Virus record (IMG/VR): IMGVR_UViG_3300030294_000815
DNA: 64,000 nucleotides
Source: an uncultured virus (IMG/VR IMGVR_UViG_3300030294_000815)
Lineage: Duplodnaviria > Heunggongvirae > Uroviricota > Caudoviricetes
Direction: 5' to 3' (one strand)
Both the position numbers and the translations under genes were made by a program. The notes under the pieces are model-generated. The model saw only the letters and a list, made by a program, of their open reading frames with translations. It was not told the origin of the DNA and did no database searches. Shown piece by piece: positions 20,742 to 31,516 of this stretch; positions within the stretch are counted from its first letter, which is position 1, and the number at the start of each line of letters is the position of its first letter.

Positions 20742-21994
20742 TTGATTCTAACCTCCACAAGATTTATACCCGTCCAGTTAAATTGTTCAAATACTTCGTA
20801 AGAGGCGGGCATGTCATCTGTATCGAAACGACAAGGAACGTCAAATTCAAAAGACGCTGTTATGTCGGCTATCGATGTGTAGTCAACAGTAATGGGTAAA
20901 ACCTGTTTGTAAGCAATCGTAGTTTGTAGACCTTTTAGTACAAAATCAATTGTCAGTGTTTGTCCGCCTGTAGGATAACTCGCAAAAGTTATAGTATTAG
21001 CTGTATAGTCTACGGTATACTGCGACGGATCAACTTTCGTTCCGTTCAAATAAACATTGTACAGTTTTCCGTCAGGTGCACCAGGGAAACTGTAAATTGT
21101 ATTATTTGACGATGTGACATTTACCTCAAAACCTGTAGAAGTTCCGGGAAGTTTATCGAAAGTCACTAAGCCCGTGGTTTGGTCGTAGGTAGCTGCCACG
21201 TCGTCAAAAAATGACACGGCTTTCTTCACAGTTATGCTGCCTAAAACATAGTTCTTTATTGTTCCTATGTTATACGACAATACTGCATCATCTGTCGTCC
21301 CAACTACTTGCGTTTTATTGCCCAGGGCTGTGCCGTCGTTATTTCTTATAACTACTGAGCCGTCCTCCGAAGATAGCGTATAAGCATATGCTGAAACATC
21401 TGTAACTTTTATTCCATCTACATAAACAGTAAGTATATTAGTTCCGTACTTAATAGGTTTACTCGATACATAAAACGTAGTCTTTGTTGAATCGGTATTC
21501 CCTAAACTTTCCCCAGTTATAAGCCCTACGTTTGCCGGAATTGTGACCGCGCCAGTGCTATAGTCAACCGTGACTCCTGTTAATTCTTCTGAGCCAAAGT
21601 ATACGTGCACAGTGTCTTTTACAGGCTTCGTTATAGTACGTTCTTCGGTGTAACCTGCGTCATCCGTGTAAGTTTTTTTAAGCTGTAGTGTCGTCGTAAC
21701 CCCGTCGGCTGCCTGAATCTTTTCGTGATCCGCTTTGAAATCAGTCCAATCTTTAAACCGAAAAGCGTACAACTTGCCACGACGCGCCCTGAAAAAAGCA
21801 AGAAGTTCGTTAAATTGCAGCCTATTTTTAACCGACTGGTCAACACTGTATTTGCACTGTCCGTGTTCCCATCGTCCAGTTCTTTGCTCCCAGCCACCCG
21901 GTAAAGAAACAATTCCTGTAGAAAAAGAAGGCCCCCCGGAAGCACCGGAAGCTATAGCCGGGGGAAACTGTACATCATGGAATATTATCGCCAT
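20738..21994 (-). CDS. DUF2460 distal tail protein with inserted domains
   Basis: FHDVQFP...GGPSFST, FFRARRG...FRFKDWTD, and C-terminal FEFDVPCRFDTD...LVEVR. Confidence 0.85.
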   Translation of the reverse strand: MAIIFHDVQFPPAIASGASGGPSFSTGIVSLPGGWEQRTGRWEHGQCKYSVDQSVKNRLQFNELLAFFRARRGKLYAFRFKDWTDFKADHEKIQAADGVTTTLQLKKTYTDDAGYTEERTITKPVKDTVHVYFGSEELTGVTVDYSTGAVTIPANVGLITGESLGNTDSTKTTFYVSSKPIKYGTNILTVYVDGIKVTDVSAYAYTLSSEDGSVVIRNNDGTALGNKTQVVGTTDDAVLSYNIGTIKNYVLGSITVKKAVSFFDDVAATYDQTTGLVTFDKLPGTSTGFEVNVTSSNNTIYSFPGAPDGKLYNVYLNGTKVDPSQYTVDYTANTITFASYPTGGQTLTIDFVLKGLQTTIAYKQVLPITVDYTSIADITASFEFDVPCRFDTDDMPASYEVFEQFNWTGINLVEVRIK

Positions 21995-24900
21995 TAAGTT
22001 AACTTCCTTCCTTTGTTTACTGCCCGCAAAGTATCTGCGGATAACTGGCTTTGTGATCTTTTAAAGCTTTCAGCGTTTGGCGTTTGAATATTATACGTAA
22101 CATGTGTCCCGCCGCCTGAGCCTGCTGAGTTTGGCGTGATCGTTCCGTTTGAACCTGGCGTAAATACTTCTTGTCCATGTTCCCCTACGATGTAAGAATT
22201 TCCACCAAATACCGGGCCACCGCCTGCACGATTACCACCGAATAACTTAGAAAACCAGTTTGACGATGTTGAGCCACCGCTACCCGTCGTATTAGAAAAT
22301 ATTGTTTTTTCTAGGGCTATTTTTACGTACATATTAAGAATATCTGTGCTTATATCAAGAATCATTGACTTTAAGGCTTTGCCTATTTTTTCTTGCCCTG
22401 TGACCAGTTTTGTGAAATGATTTGAAACTGACGTCTCGATACCGTCCCAACATTCTTTGTACATTTTTGCATAGTCCGCGGTATGCTGTTTAATTGTCTT
22501 GTACACTTGCGTAGACGCTTTCGTTAAATTGGAAGCGTCTATTTTGTCTTGTTGTTCTACAGTGCTTGCTTGATCCACGGTAGCGGCTTTGCCTTCCGGT
22601 GTAGTCTCTCCTACGCCTTTGATGTACTTGCTAATGTCAGCGGCTTGCTTACTTAAGATAGCCGAATTTGAGTTCATGGCTTGTTGCACGCTTAATTTAC
22701 CAAGTTTAACTAATGCATTATTATATGCAATATCCGCAGCGTACTCTTTTTCCATGTTTTTTAAATTGTCATCTACAGCCTTTTTGTCAGCATCGATTTT
22801 AACTTTATCCGCTGTAGCAACTGCTGCGGCAACCCGATTACTGATTGCAATTTCTGTTTCTCCTGCTTTACGCCAAGCTTCTTTTTCGTTTTCGAGTTTG
22901 CCTATTGTCAACTGATATTCAAGATCATTTATTTTTTTAGCTGCGTTGTAGGCAGAATCCGCTTGCTGTGTTTTATTTTTTTCGGCTTTCGCTGCCATTA
23001 AGTCTGTTTGAAGATCAAATTCTTTCCGTGATCTTTCAAGGGCTTCGGCTACTTTTTCCGGTGCCTTTTTAGCATACAAGTCTAAGATTGCTTGTTGATC
23101 GCTTGTGTCAACGCCTTCTGACGCGGCCTTATCTATTTCTTGCTGTGCCTTATCGACTTCTTTTCTAATCTTGGCGTATTCTTGCTCAGGTTTTGTTCCT
23201 ATAATAGCCTGCAATTTTTCTTCTAGAGAGTCGTAAAGCATTTCCATCTGTTTGAAGCCTTGCTCGTACTTTTGTTCCGAATTATCCTTTGGCCCTTTAC
23301 GTCCTTTTTTTTCCTTACCTCCGCTGCCGTCATCGTCCATAGCCCACGGCGTATGTGCGGCAATATCCGCGCGCCCTTGATCGGTTGCAACGCCAAGCCC
23401 TGTCATCTTTTTAAACGTGTCCATCAAACCCGCTGAACTCGACGAAACCTTAGCTGTTACAGTTGTCCAAGCATCTGATATTCCTGCACCTAATGCACTT
23501 CCTAGTCCTTGCAATGCCGTTCCTATCGGACCTAATTTTGCAACAATCCAGTTAAATAAACTTGAAAATGTTTCGGATACGGCTTTTGCCATTCTGTCCC
23601 ATATATCGGAAACAGCATTTGCTATTGAGGTAAATGCACCTGTAACCATGTTATATACACCCGGCAGATACGTTTGAAACCAATTTCCTAAACTGGCCAT
23701 AATACCTGTGACGGAATTACACAACCCTGTCCACAAGTTAGAGGCTGTAGAGCAGATCATATCCCAGTTCGCATACAACTCATACCCTACAGCAATTGCG
23801 GCACCAATGGCTGCTACTACAAGTAGTATCGGGCTTTCTATTACGGCCATTACTGCACCCAAAACCGTAGTAACCACTGTTGTAAGTCCTTCGACTGTCG
23901 TAAACAATGTAAGCGCTGTCGTTACGGCGTCCCATGCTACAGCCATTATACCGAGTGTTCCGGTCACTAATGTTATCACCCCGTCACATACGGCTGTAGC
24001 TACTGCCGCTACGGTGTTTGCTAGACTGAATCCGGCGATTGCCGCCGTCACAGCTACCCACGCACCCTCTGCAAGTGCCACGGTTCCTGTACAGACGGCA
24101 ATTATTCCGTCTACAATGCCCGTGCAGATTGCCGAAGTTACCGTGATAATGTTGTAGCCTTCCATGACCATATTTAAAGTTCCCATTACCAAGGCAAACC
24201 CGATAACAGTTCCCCTCACTAAAGCAACAACACCTTCATAGGCTGCCGTGGCTACTGCGCACACGCCTGTCCAAGCCGCTGAAATTGCGGCTCTGCTAGA
24301 GTAGATAGTCAAAGCTACTGTTACGCCAGCTATAGCCAATCCTAGCGCTCTGTTCCCGCTTTCAAATTCTTGATAGGCGAAAACTAAAACGCCGATAGCA
24401 GAAGCAGCCACTAGTGCATATCGCGCAAGACTCGCATACTGTAGCCCTGCTTTAGCTGAAAATACCAAACCTTGCACAACACCTTGTTCAGCTATCGCCG
24501 TTGTAACAAACCAAATCGCTGGACCAAGTAGCTTAGTAGCTGCAAGCCATGCCGACGTAACAACCGCCGATATTCCTGTAATAACATTGTATGCAAGAAC
24601 GGCCGCAGCCACGCCTTCTACAGCCATCTTTAAGTCTTTATTACCGTTTACAAATTCGACCGTCTGCTTAGTAAGTTTGACGATTACATCAGCCATTTTA
24701 ACAAAAGTATTTACGGCAATCAGTGCGACTGATCCGGCTTTCGTCAAAACTTCGATGAACGTATCAAACGTACCCGTTCCGCCCATCGAATCACTGATAA
24801 GTTGTTTGATCGACGTAAATACCATTTCGACTTTATCCCAGAACGCACTCAGTGCGTTATAAGCTTTAGCTAGTGACACTTGCCATTCAGGCGAAATCGT

Positions 24901-25908
24901 TGGTGTTTCTTTTGTATCGCGTAAACTTGCACCTTCGCCCTCTTTTTTCTGCGGGTTTGCCTCTAACAGTCCGGCGCCGCCCGCTGTCCGAAGTGTTCTC
25001 GCAAGTTGCGTCGTTTGTTCTACTATTTTATGAATAGCGTTAGAAATAGGCTGCTCGATAAGCTGTCCAATTGAACTGAATATCGTAACAGCCTGATCTT
25101 TTAAAGTGGCCCAAACGCCGATTAAAGTTTTAGCTTGCTTTTCCATCATGTTTGCAAACATAGGGTCTTTGGCCATACCGTCTAAAATAGCTTTCATAGC
25201 CTGCGCCCCTGTTACGCCCGTATCTTTTAAATGCGTGATCTGATTAGCCGTTAGCCCTAGTTCCTGTTGTAAATACTTCTGAGCGTTGATATGCCAAGAG
25301 TTCAGCTCTCGAATTTCTTTCATCGAAGCATGCGACTCAAGACCCATCTTGCCTATGGCCAATACTACGTGGTTCATGCCGTCCACGCTTAAGCCAAGAC
25401 CAGCTACGACATTCCCGATTGTTGTTAAATCAGGAATAACGTTTTTAGCAGCTACACCGAATCCAAGCAGCACGCCTGCGGCGTTTGTCAAATCTTTGTA
25501 CTGAAAATGAGATTCATCTGCTAACGTCTGCAAATCAGCCATCATCGTTTTTGCCGCCGCCATGCTCCCGATTATTGTTTCAAATCCGATCGCTGTTTGC
25601 TCTTGTTTTGCATTAAAACCGACCATCGTGTCTATAGCATCTTTCACAGCATCAGTCATTGTCTGAATCGCGGCGCCCATTGCTGTAAAATATATTGAGT
25701 TAATAGCAAACTTGGCTAAATTTCCAAGTCCTGCGCCTAAATTCATGATAGAACCGCTCGCTCTGTCCATTTTTTCGGCCATAGCGTCCGTCGAAGAAGC
25801 TGTAGAATCCATCGTAGTTGTCATTGTTTCTAAACGAGTAATGACGCCGTTGATGGCGTCAGTGGCTCGATCTTGTGCTGATATAAGAATTTGTACATCC
25901 GAAGCCAT
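21994..25908 (-). CDS. tape measure protein
   Basis: 1304 aa, Ala-rich and helical; C-terminal RAGGGPV...YIVGEHGQEVF motif. Confidence 0.9.
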   Translation of the reverse strand: MASDVQILISAQDRATDAINGVITRLETMTTTMDSTASSTDAMAEKMDRASGSIMNLGAGLGNLAKFAINSIYFTAMGAAIQTMTDAVKDAIDTMVGFNAKQEQTAIGFETIIGSMAAAKTMMADLQTLADESHFQYKDLTNAAGVLLGFGVAAKNVIPDLTTIGNVVAGLGLSVDGMNHVVLAIGKMGLESHASMKEIRELNSWHINAQKYLQQELGLTANQITHLKDTGVTGAQAMKAILDGMAKDPMFANMMEKQAKTLIGVWATLKDQAVTIFSSIGQLIEQPISNAIHKIVEQTTQLARTLRTAGGAGLLEANPQKKEGEGASLRDTKETPTISPEWQVSLAKAYNALSAFWDKVEMVFTSIKQLISDSMGGTGTFDTFIEVLTKAGSVALIAVNTFVKMADVIVKLTKQTVEFVNGNKDLKMAVEGVAAAVLAYNVITGISAVVTSAWLAATKLLGPAIWFVTTAIAEQGVVQGLVFSAKAGLQYASLARYALVAASAIGVLVFAYQEFESGNRALGLAIAGVTVALTIYSSRAAISAAWTGVCAVATAAYEGVVALVRGTVIGFALVMGTLNMVMEGYNIITVTSAICTGIVDGIIAVCTGTVALAEGAWVAVTAAIAGFSLANTVAAVATAVCDGVITLVTGTLGIMAVAWDAVTTALTLFTTVEGLTTVVTTVLGAVMAVIESPILLVVAAIGAAIAVGYELYANWDMICSTASNLWTGLCNSVTGIMASLGNWFQTYLPGVYNMVTGAFTSIANAVSDIWDRMAKAVSETFSSLFNWIVAKLGPIGTALQGLGSALGAGISDAWTTVTAKVSSSSAGLMDTFKKMTGLGVATDQGRADIAAHTPWAMDDDGSGGKEKKGRKGPKDNSEQKYEQGFKQMEMLYDSLEEKLQAIIGTKPEQEYAKIRKEVDKAQQEIDKAASEGVDTSDQQAILDLYAKKAPEKVAEALERSRKEFDLQTDLMAAKAEKNKTQQADSAYNAAKKINDLEYQLTIGKLENEKEAWRKAGETEIAISNRVAAAVATADKVKIDADKKAVDDNLKNMEKEYAADIAYNNALVKLGKLSVQQAMNSNSAILSKQAADISKYIKGVGETTPEGKAATVDQASTVEQQDKIDASNLTKASTQVYKTIKQHTADYAKMYKECWDGIETSVSNHFTKLVTGQEKIGKALKSMILDISTDILNMYVKIALEKTIFSNTTGSGGSTSSNWFSKLFGGNRAGGGPVFGGNSYIVGEHGQEVFTPGSNGTITPNSAGSGGGTHVTYNIQTPNAESFKRSQSQLSADTLRAVNKGRKLT

Positions 25909-25911
25909 GTA

Positions 25912-26265
25912 TTAACCTCCTTTCGAGTTCCTTTTTCTACACCAACTGTTTTCTAGTAGCCTTAACTTTGATAATAGTGAAGGTGTCATTTCTATGTCTA
26001 AAGTGTTTGCTACGCTATACACAGCGGTATAGTCGAGGCCTAGAAAGTATATACGGTCAGCGCCCGCTACAGTCCGCCATTGCGTGCTAACTGCGCCCCA
26101 TAAATCCCATATAGCATAATTAATCTCGTTTAAAACTGGTCTTTCAAGTTCACAGCCTTTGCAATCATTACGCCCTCTTTCTTTGTAACAGGGGTAATTA
26201 AGTTTTGCTTGCTCTTCACAGTAATCAGCTTTTCCGTCGTTGTACCAGTTCCAAACTTCAATTAG
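25912..26265 (-). CDS. tail assembly chaperone GT extension (DUF1799-like), -1 frame
   Basis: 118-codon open frame lacking a start near its 5' end: LIEVWNWY...TQWRTVAG...GLDYTAV; entered via slippery A AAA AAC. Confidence 0.75.
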   Translation of the reverse strand, partial: LIEVWNWYNDGKADYCEEQAKLNYPCYKERGRNDCKGCELERPVLNEINYAIWDLWGAVSTQWRTVAGADRIYFLGLDYTAVYSVANTLDIEMTPSLLSKLRLLENSWCRKRNSKGG

Positions 26266-26552
26266 TTTTTTGTTTCAGCGGCACCCTGTCCGTATGTCAT
26301 GGCGATAACTTCGGAAGCAAACTTGATAATTACATCATTGCCAACGCTATCAAAATTTACATTCGGATAAAAGTTATCAAGAATGTAATCGGAAAATTCA
26401 TCAACTGTAACTTTTTTATCTTTTATTGGGTACGTAGGATGAAAACCCGATTCGCGAAACTGTCTATTTTCTTTTCGCGTTAATGCCCGCGGCTTCACTA
26501 CATCTTCGTTGTATAAAATTTGATCTTGTACTTTTGCCAGTTCTTTTGCCAT
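26262..26552 (-). CDS. tail assembly chaperone (gpG-like)
   Basis: Between tail tube and tape measure; ends ETKN* at a slippery site. Confidence 0.8.
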   Translation of the reverse strand: MAKELAKVQDQILYNEDVVKPRALTRKENRQFRESGFHPTYPIKDKKVTVDEFSDYILDNFYPNVNFDSVGNDVIIKFASEVIAMTYGQGAAETKN

Positions 26553-26569
26553 TGATGTTGTCCCCTTTA

Positions 26570-27532
26570 TCAGTATTCTGCTACTTGATTATTTAATGTC
26601 ACTGCAACAATGCCGCCTTCGGCGTTGCTATTGTAAAATGCTTCCCAGGAAAGGTCTAATTCCACGCCGCCCGGACCCGTGATACCTGGATCGGCTCTTG
26701 AGAAATTGACTTCCGGAAACAAGAACGATAATGATTTTAACGGAGATATTGCCCAAACAATTTCCATACTTACCACTGTCTGATTAACACCGTAGTTTAA
26801 AAACGTAACGTCATTAAACAACGTTTTAAAACTACCTGAAGCCTGCGCCAAACCTTCCGCAATTTGACTGCGGTAGCCCAAATCACCAATTGTGTAACAT
26901 GTTTTATCAAGATTATTATTCAGTGTAAAATCACCTGATTTAATGACCCCTGTAGCTGCTGTCCCGTTGATCTTAATTGCACACTGAAACTGGTTCAGCT
27001 TATCCGTTTGCTTTACCGCTGTAGCTGCTGCATCATAAGGCGTTGTACCTACAGCACTTTTGCACCCTACGTAGTCAAGCTGTGCTTCTAACTCGGAATC
27101 ACCGCCGACGGAAATTTTCATCGTGTCAGCTTTACAGCCTTTGTAAAGGAAATACGTGCTGCCTACTAACTTTTCGATAAGCATAGATACAAGCGACGTA
27201 CCTACTTTAAACTCATGTGTGAAATCCGTTCCCGATACGCCTGCCGAGTTTGCTGTAGTTGTCGGATTGCCTATCATTGCTTTAAGCCAGTAACCGATTG
27301 ATTTTAAATCGACTGGCGTGGTAACTGTGCCTGATACGTCAATATTTCCGTAGGCCGCCTGAGAATCAGAACGCACCCCGGAAATAACTTTTGATTTGTT
27401 CAGATTTTGCTTTGAGTTTAACTGATTTGTGATAAACGGAAGCGTTTTACCTGCCACCGTTGTAGGGGCTACACCTAAAGCAGTTTCAAAGTCCACGGTA
27501 GTTTTGCCGTAGACGCCCATTGCTTGACCCAT
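26570..27532 (-). CDS. tail tube protein
   Basis: 320 aa; position; DFET..G, Y.GCK and P.ITGPGG motifs of Phage_tube_2-type tubes. Confidence 0.8.
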   Translation of the reverse strand: MGQAMGVYGKTTVDFETALGVAPTTVAGKTLPFITNQLNSKQNLNKSKVISGVRSDSQAAYGNIDVSGTVTTPVDLKSIGYWLKAMIGNPTTTANSAGVSGTDFTHEFKVGTSLVSMLIEKLVGSTYFLYKGCKADTMKISVGGDSELEAQLDYVGCKSAVGTTPYDAAATAVKQTDKLNQFQCAIKINGTAATGVIKSGDFTLNNNLDKTCYTIGDLGYRSQIAEGLAQASGSFKTLFNDVTFLNYGVNQTVVSMEIVWAISPLKSLSFLFPEVNFSRADPGITGPGGVELDLSWEAFYNSNAEGGIVAVTLNNQVAEY

Positions 27533-27547
27533 ATAGTAACCACTCCT

Positions 27548-28033
27548 TTAATATTCAAGTTCAACGCCCATCGTAATAGGTATTGAGATTGTGGCATCAA
27601 ATGTACCCGCGTACTGTGGAGCTATCGCGAATCCTGTTGACTTAACGTCTAACTGCGTAACCGGGTAATCAGGATTGGCTTCGGCCACCGCTGCAAAGAT
27701 TAATTGACCCATTTCGTCGGCTTCCGTCAGCCCGTCATAAAAGGTAACATCACCTTCGACTGTCGTATTCTCTTGCATTACTACCCACCCAACCGTTGGC
27801 GTATACGTATATACCGACTGATTCAGTCCTTCGGTTTTTGGCCCTGGTAGTAAAACAATATAAGGAAACAGTTCCGGTTCGTCCTCTGATGGAGGGTTTC
27901 GTAGATCAACGCCTACATAAATATGAGGTTTTCGACCATACTTAGCTAAACAGAAATCATTCAAAGGTGTGTCTGCCACGAGCACGTTTTTCCACTTTGT
28001 GATTATGTCGATCATTGGTAAAGTTGGTAACAT
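27548..28033 (-). CDS. putative tail terminator
   Basis: Synteny upstream of the tail tube. Confidence 0.55.
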   Translation of the reverse strand: MLPTLPMIDIITKWKNVLVADTPLNDFCLAKYGRKPHIYVGVDLRNPPSEDEPELFPYIVLLPGPKTEGLNQSVYTYTPTVGWVVMQENTTVEGDVTFYDGLTEADEMGQLIFAAVAEANPDYPVTQLDVKSTGFAIAPQYAGTFDATISIPITMGVELEY

Positions 28034-28045
28034 GCTGTTACCTCC

Positions 28046-28666
28046 TTAAAATTCTTTTAGCACTTTATACTGTCGTTTATTTCCTGAAGCGGATCGCGTC
28101 ACAGGACCTGACAATATATACTGTTTGAAAAGTCCCTCGAACTTCGCGGGGGCTTGCGCATCAATAATTCCTGACATAGGGCTTATAGTTGGTCGAGCAG
28201 GCGTTGAAATCTGTGTAGTGGACTTCGCAATACGTATTTTCAAGCCTAATTTAGCAAAAGAGGCGTCAAATGCACGCCTCATAGCCTCAGTCATCGGTCT
28301 TGAAAAACCTTCTTGCTGTTTTTCACCTAGATTTATAGAACTGCCTGACGTCCAGCCAACAACTACCGTCATTCCGCGAGAATTACTGTTTAAATAGTTG
28401 TATTTTATGGCTCTTTGTAACTTACCTAACGGAGGGTAATTCGACTTACCTCTTCCATCGAGTATTTGATCTAATGCACGCCTAAGAGGCTGCGGGTAGA
28501 ATTTCGCGTACTGCTCACCGCCAGGCGCTTGACTCGAAATTCCACCTTGAATCTGCTTCATAGCCCAATAACCAACTGATTTTAGAGCGCCCCTTGTTGC
28601 ATCAGGATATTTATCAATCATCATTTGCAGTAAAGGCGACGCTTCATCACGAATACTTATGCTCAT
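28046..28666 (-). CDS. neck/tail completion protein
   Basis: Basic protein with PARP motif; synteny. Confidence 0.55.
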   Translation of the reverse strand: MSISIRDEASPLLQMMIDKYPDATRGALKSVGYWAMKQIQGGISSQAPGGEQYAKFYPQPLRRALDQILDGRGKSNYPPLGKLQRAIKYNYLNSNSRGMTVVVGWTSGSSINLGEKQQEGFSRPMTEAMRRAFDASFAKLGLKIRIAKSTTQISTPARPTISPMSGIIDAQAPAKFEGLFKQYILSGPVTRSASGNKRQYKVLKEF

Positions 28667-28689
28667 AAAACTACTCCTTTAGCTACAAA

Positions 28690-29010
28690 TCATTTATAAA
28701 CTGATTCTTTACCCGTTACAGCTATCTTTTGCAGACCGCCTGCGTTTGATGCGACACGCGCGACGGTCCATTTAATTCCGTTATGCATGATTTTGTCACC
28801 GCCTATAGGCTTCGGCACATTAGCTACTAAAACCCAAAAGGCGGCGTCTGCCGAACTACCTTCGCGAGTAAACGTATTACCTTTTACATTATCTGCACCT
28901 ATCTCCGGGATGGCCAACATAGCCGTCCCGTTATAGGTGATCTGTTCTGCGCCTTCATCTTCGTTCATGACCATTAACACATCAGCAGCAATGTTGTCTT
29001 TGAGTGTCAT
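28690..29010 (-). CDS. head-tail joining protein (gpFII-like)
   Basis: Follows the major capsid gene; size and beta-rich pattern. Confidence 0.55.
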   Translation of the reverse strand: MTLKDNIAADVLMVMNEDEGAEQITYNGTAMLAIPEIGADNVKGNTFTREGSSADAAFWVLVANVPKPIGGDKIMHNGIKWTVARVASNAGGLQKIAVTGKESVYK

Positions 29011-30035
29011 TACAGCACTTTAGACACGAACATTGCATCAGGTAACGTGATCGCAGGCAAAGGCTTGCTCAAAAGCTGTAAAACTCTTGCCGAAGGTTTT
29101 TTGATCGTCCAAGATTTAGGAACACGCGACATTGCAAAGGAACCCTGTTCAACGTCGATAATGCAGCCATAGAACATTTTGAAGTTTACTAACGAAGAAC
29201 ACAGAATCAGAGTTCCGGCCGGAATCAGCGATTTTTCTACGCCATCCGTAGGATCGATAAAGTATTCTTCATAACTGTATAAATCTAGATTCAACTCGTT
29301 AATATGACCAATGAAGAATACGCCCGGCTGCGTTTGACGTGGGTCAATTGTACCGATGTTGATGTTTGTACGGTGCGTGTCAAGGTACTTAAGAACATTA
29401 ACATTTTTCATATAAGCATCGCCTACGTCAGAACTCATGAGACACACATTTGGCGCGAATCCGGACCCTTTGATAACAGCCCGTGTCTTGTTTTTCAAAT
29501 ACTGAATAGGATCACTTGCAGCATTACTCCATAAATCCGTGCCTGATAAAGTTTCCTTATTCGTCAACTGGTAATCGATTACAAAATTGTAACCATCACC
29601 AATAATAGGAATCTGACCTGTGCACATAGCCTGTGCACACATCCATTCTTCACGACGAGAAATCATGGTATCAAATTCGCCGAGTTTTCCACCAATCAAT
29701 TTAGCCATACGGGAATCGGGGGTTTGACCACTGTAAATATTTTCACCAGGCAAACGTTTCTGCAAATCTTTACCTGTGAAATTGTAATCAACACCTACAT
29801 TAGGTGGCGTAAATGAAACAGTCGAATAACCGATTGCATCTACTGTTTTGCTGCCTAAGCGAGGATGAATGAATGGTGCTACACGACGTGCGCCTTTGAC
29901 AATATCAATATCAACATTTTCTGTCATAGACGTTTGCACATCAGTGAAGAAGGTATCTCGTAAAAAGGTTCGTGCAGGTTTCATCATTTCTACAGCCTGC
30001 AAAAGGGTTCGTGTTTCAAAAGGATCAATTGCCAT
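29010..30035 (-). CDS. major capsid protein (lambda gpE-like)
   Basis: FLRDTFF, G.RRVAPF, RREEWMCAQA and S.PLP motifs. Confidence 0.9.
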   Translation of the reverse strand: MAIDPFETRTLLQAVEMMKPARTFLRDTFFTDVQTSMTENVDIDIVKGARRVAPFIHPRLGSKTVDAIGYSTVSFTPPNVGVDYNFTGKDLQKRLPGENIYSGQTPDSRMAKLIGGKLGEFDTMISRREEWMCAQAMCTGQIPIIGDGYNFVIDYQLTNKETLSGTDLWSNAASDPIQYLKNKTRAVIKGSGFAPNVCLMSSDVGDAYMKNVNVLKYLDTHRTNINIGTIDPRQTQPGVFFIGHINELNLDLYSYEEYFIDPTDGVEKSLIPAGTLILCSSLVNFKMFYGCIIDVEQGSFAMSRVPKSWTIKKPSARVLQLLSKPLPAITLPDAMFVSKVL

Positions 30036-30036
30036 A

Positions 30037-30423
30037 TTAGTAAGTACCTCCTACTGTTACGTTTGTGCCGAAGAAAATCCCGACGTCTTTTGCGGCCACT
30101 TTATGTGTCGCTGCGGTATCCGTACCGCCAAAGGTTAAAGCGGCACCGTTAAACTCGCCTGTGTAATAAACCGCAATAGGCGTATCACCTGCCGAAGCGT
30201 TCGTGTCTTCCGCGGCAATCGCAAAGATGTTCTGTGAACCGTCCGTGTTGGCCGAGTTCAAAAGTTTAAGCTTACCCGAAGCTGTCACAATCCCAAGGCA
30301 CGTACCTCTTACGACATTCTGACCGGATAATAAAATCCCCGGCGCTGTGACAATATCGGCAACATTTCCCGAAAATAAATTGTCATAGGTTAAAGACCCT
30401 AGACTCGACATTCCCTGACTCAT
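30037..30423 (-). CDS. head decoration protein (gpD-like)
   Basis: RGT.LG, DGSQ..AI, Y.TGEFN motifs. Confidence 0.85.
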   Translation of the reverse strand: MSQGMSSLGSLTYDNLFSGNVADIVTAPGILLSGQNVVRGTCLGIVTASGKLKLLNSANTDGSQNIFAIAAEDTNASAGDTPIAVYYTGEFNGAALTFGGTDTAATHKVAAKDVGIFFGTNVTVGGTY

Positions 30424-30424
30424 A

Positions 30425-31516
30425 TTACTGCACTCCTTTCAAACGGTTATTTGCTGCGGCGGCCATATCCGCGGCCATTTGTGCTCTTTCTGCGTCTTCT
30501 GCTGCACCTGCGTCCGGTACTGGTTCATTTTGAATCTGATTAACATTACCCGTGGCAACATCTGAGGCAATATTCTGTAAAACGCCTGCTCGAGCCACTT
30601 TGTCTGCACGAATAATCTGCATTGCTACAGCTTCCGCAGAAATCCCTGTGTCGTAACGTGCCGCATTTACAATAGCCTCGTTACCTGGCATTGCAATTTC
30701 GTCGATTGCTTTCATGCGGGCACGTTCATCTGTCTGCCCTGTCGCGTATACTGCCGCATATACGTCAGGATATTTTGCCTTCAACTCGTTAATATCCATA
30801 AATTCAACTTCCTTTACGTTTTTGATAGGCTCCGTCTGAACCTTCGGTACTACCTGCGGTTTTATAGCATTTGTTATAGGTGGTAAATGCTTATATAAAC
30901 TTGATTTGAAGGATACACCGTTAATAATCAGGTTTTCCTTATCAAGGCAGGCCGCGTAAGCTACTGTTTCATCGGTATCTGTTGCAAAGCCTTCGGCTAC
31001 AGCCGTAGTCGATGTATACCATGTTTCGGCGTCCATAATCTGTGAAATGGCATCTGTCGTCTTTCCACACTTCGCAGCGTAAATACCAATCATAGACTCT
31101 TTGATTGTGTCCAACGTATCCGCCACTTTCCGCAAATCGCCTGCACCATACACGCCCCTAGCAACTGTCGCCGGGTTATGAATCATCATCATACTTCCTG
31201 CGGGCATCGTAATCGTGTCGCCCGCCATAGCTATAATCGAAGCAATACTTGCCGCTAAACCGTCGATGTGCACGTTTACTGACGCTTGATGGCTTTTAAG
31301 CATGTTATAAATTGCCACACCTGCAAAAACATCACCGCCGCCAGAGTTTATGTGTACATTGATCGTATCTACGTCACCTAGATTTTTTAAATCGTCCGCA
31401 AACTGTTGTGGCGTAACCTCGTCACCCCACCAAGATTGACTCGAAATATCACCGTAAAGTTGCAAATCGGCACTATTTTCCGTTTGATTTATCACTTTCC
31501 AAAACTTTTGTGGCAT
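30425..31516 (-). CDS. ClpP-like head maturation protease/scaffold
   Basis: INSGGGDV, DGLAASIASII, MMIHNP and ETW motifs; start at MPQKFW after GAGG. Confidence 0.9.
   Translation of the reverse strand: MPQKFWKVINQTENSADLQLYGDISSQSWWGDEVTPQQFADDLKNLGDVDTINVHINSGGGDVFAGVAIYNMLKSHQASVNVHIDGLAASIASIIAMAGDTITMPAGSMMMIHNPATVARGVYGAGDLRKVADTLDTIKESMIGIYAAKCGKTTDAISQIMDAETWYTSTTAVAEGFATDTDETVAYAACLDKENLIINGVSFKSSLYKHLPPITNAIKPQVVPKVQTEPIKNVKEVEFMDINELKAKYPDVYAAVYATGQTDERARMKAIDEIAMPGNEAIVNAARYDTGISAEAVAMQIIRADKVARAGVLQNIASDVATGNVNQIQNEPVPDAGAAEDAERAQMAADMAAAANNRLKGVQ

Noticed and set aside
22589..25915. Plus-strand ORFs inside the tape measure gene (and similar antisense ORFs elsewhere)
   Set aside because: Shadow frames of well-supported minus-strand genes, with no recognisable motifs
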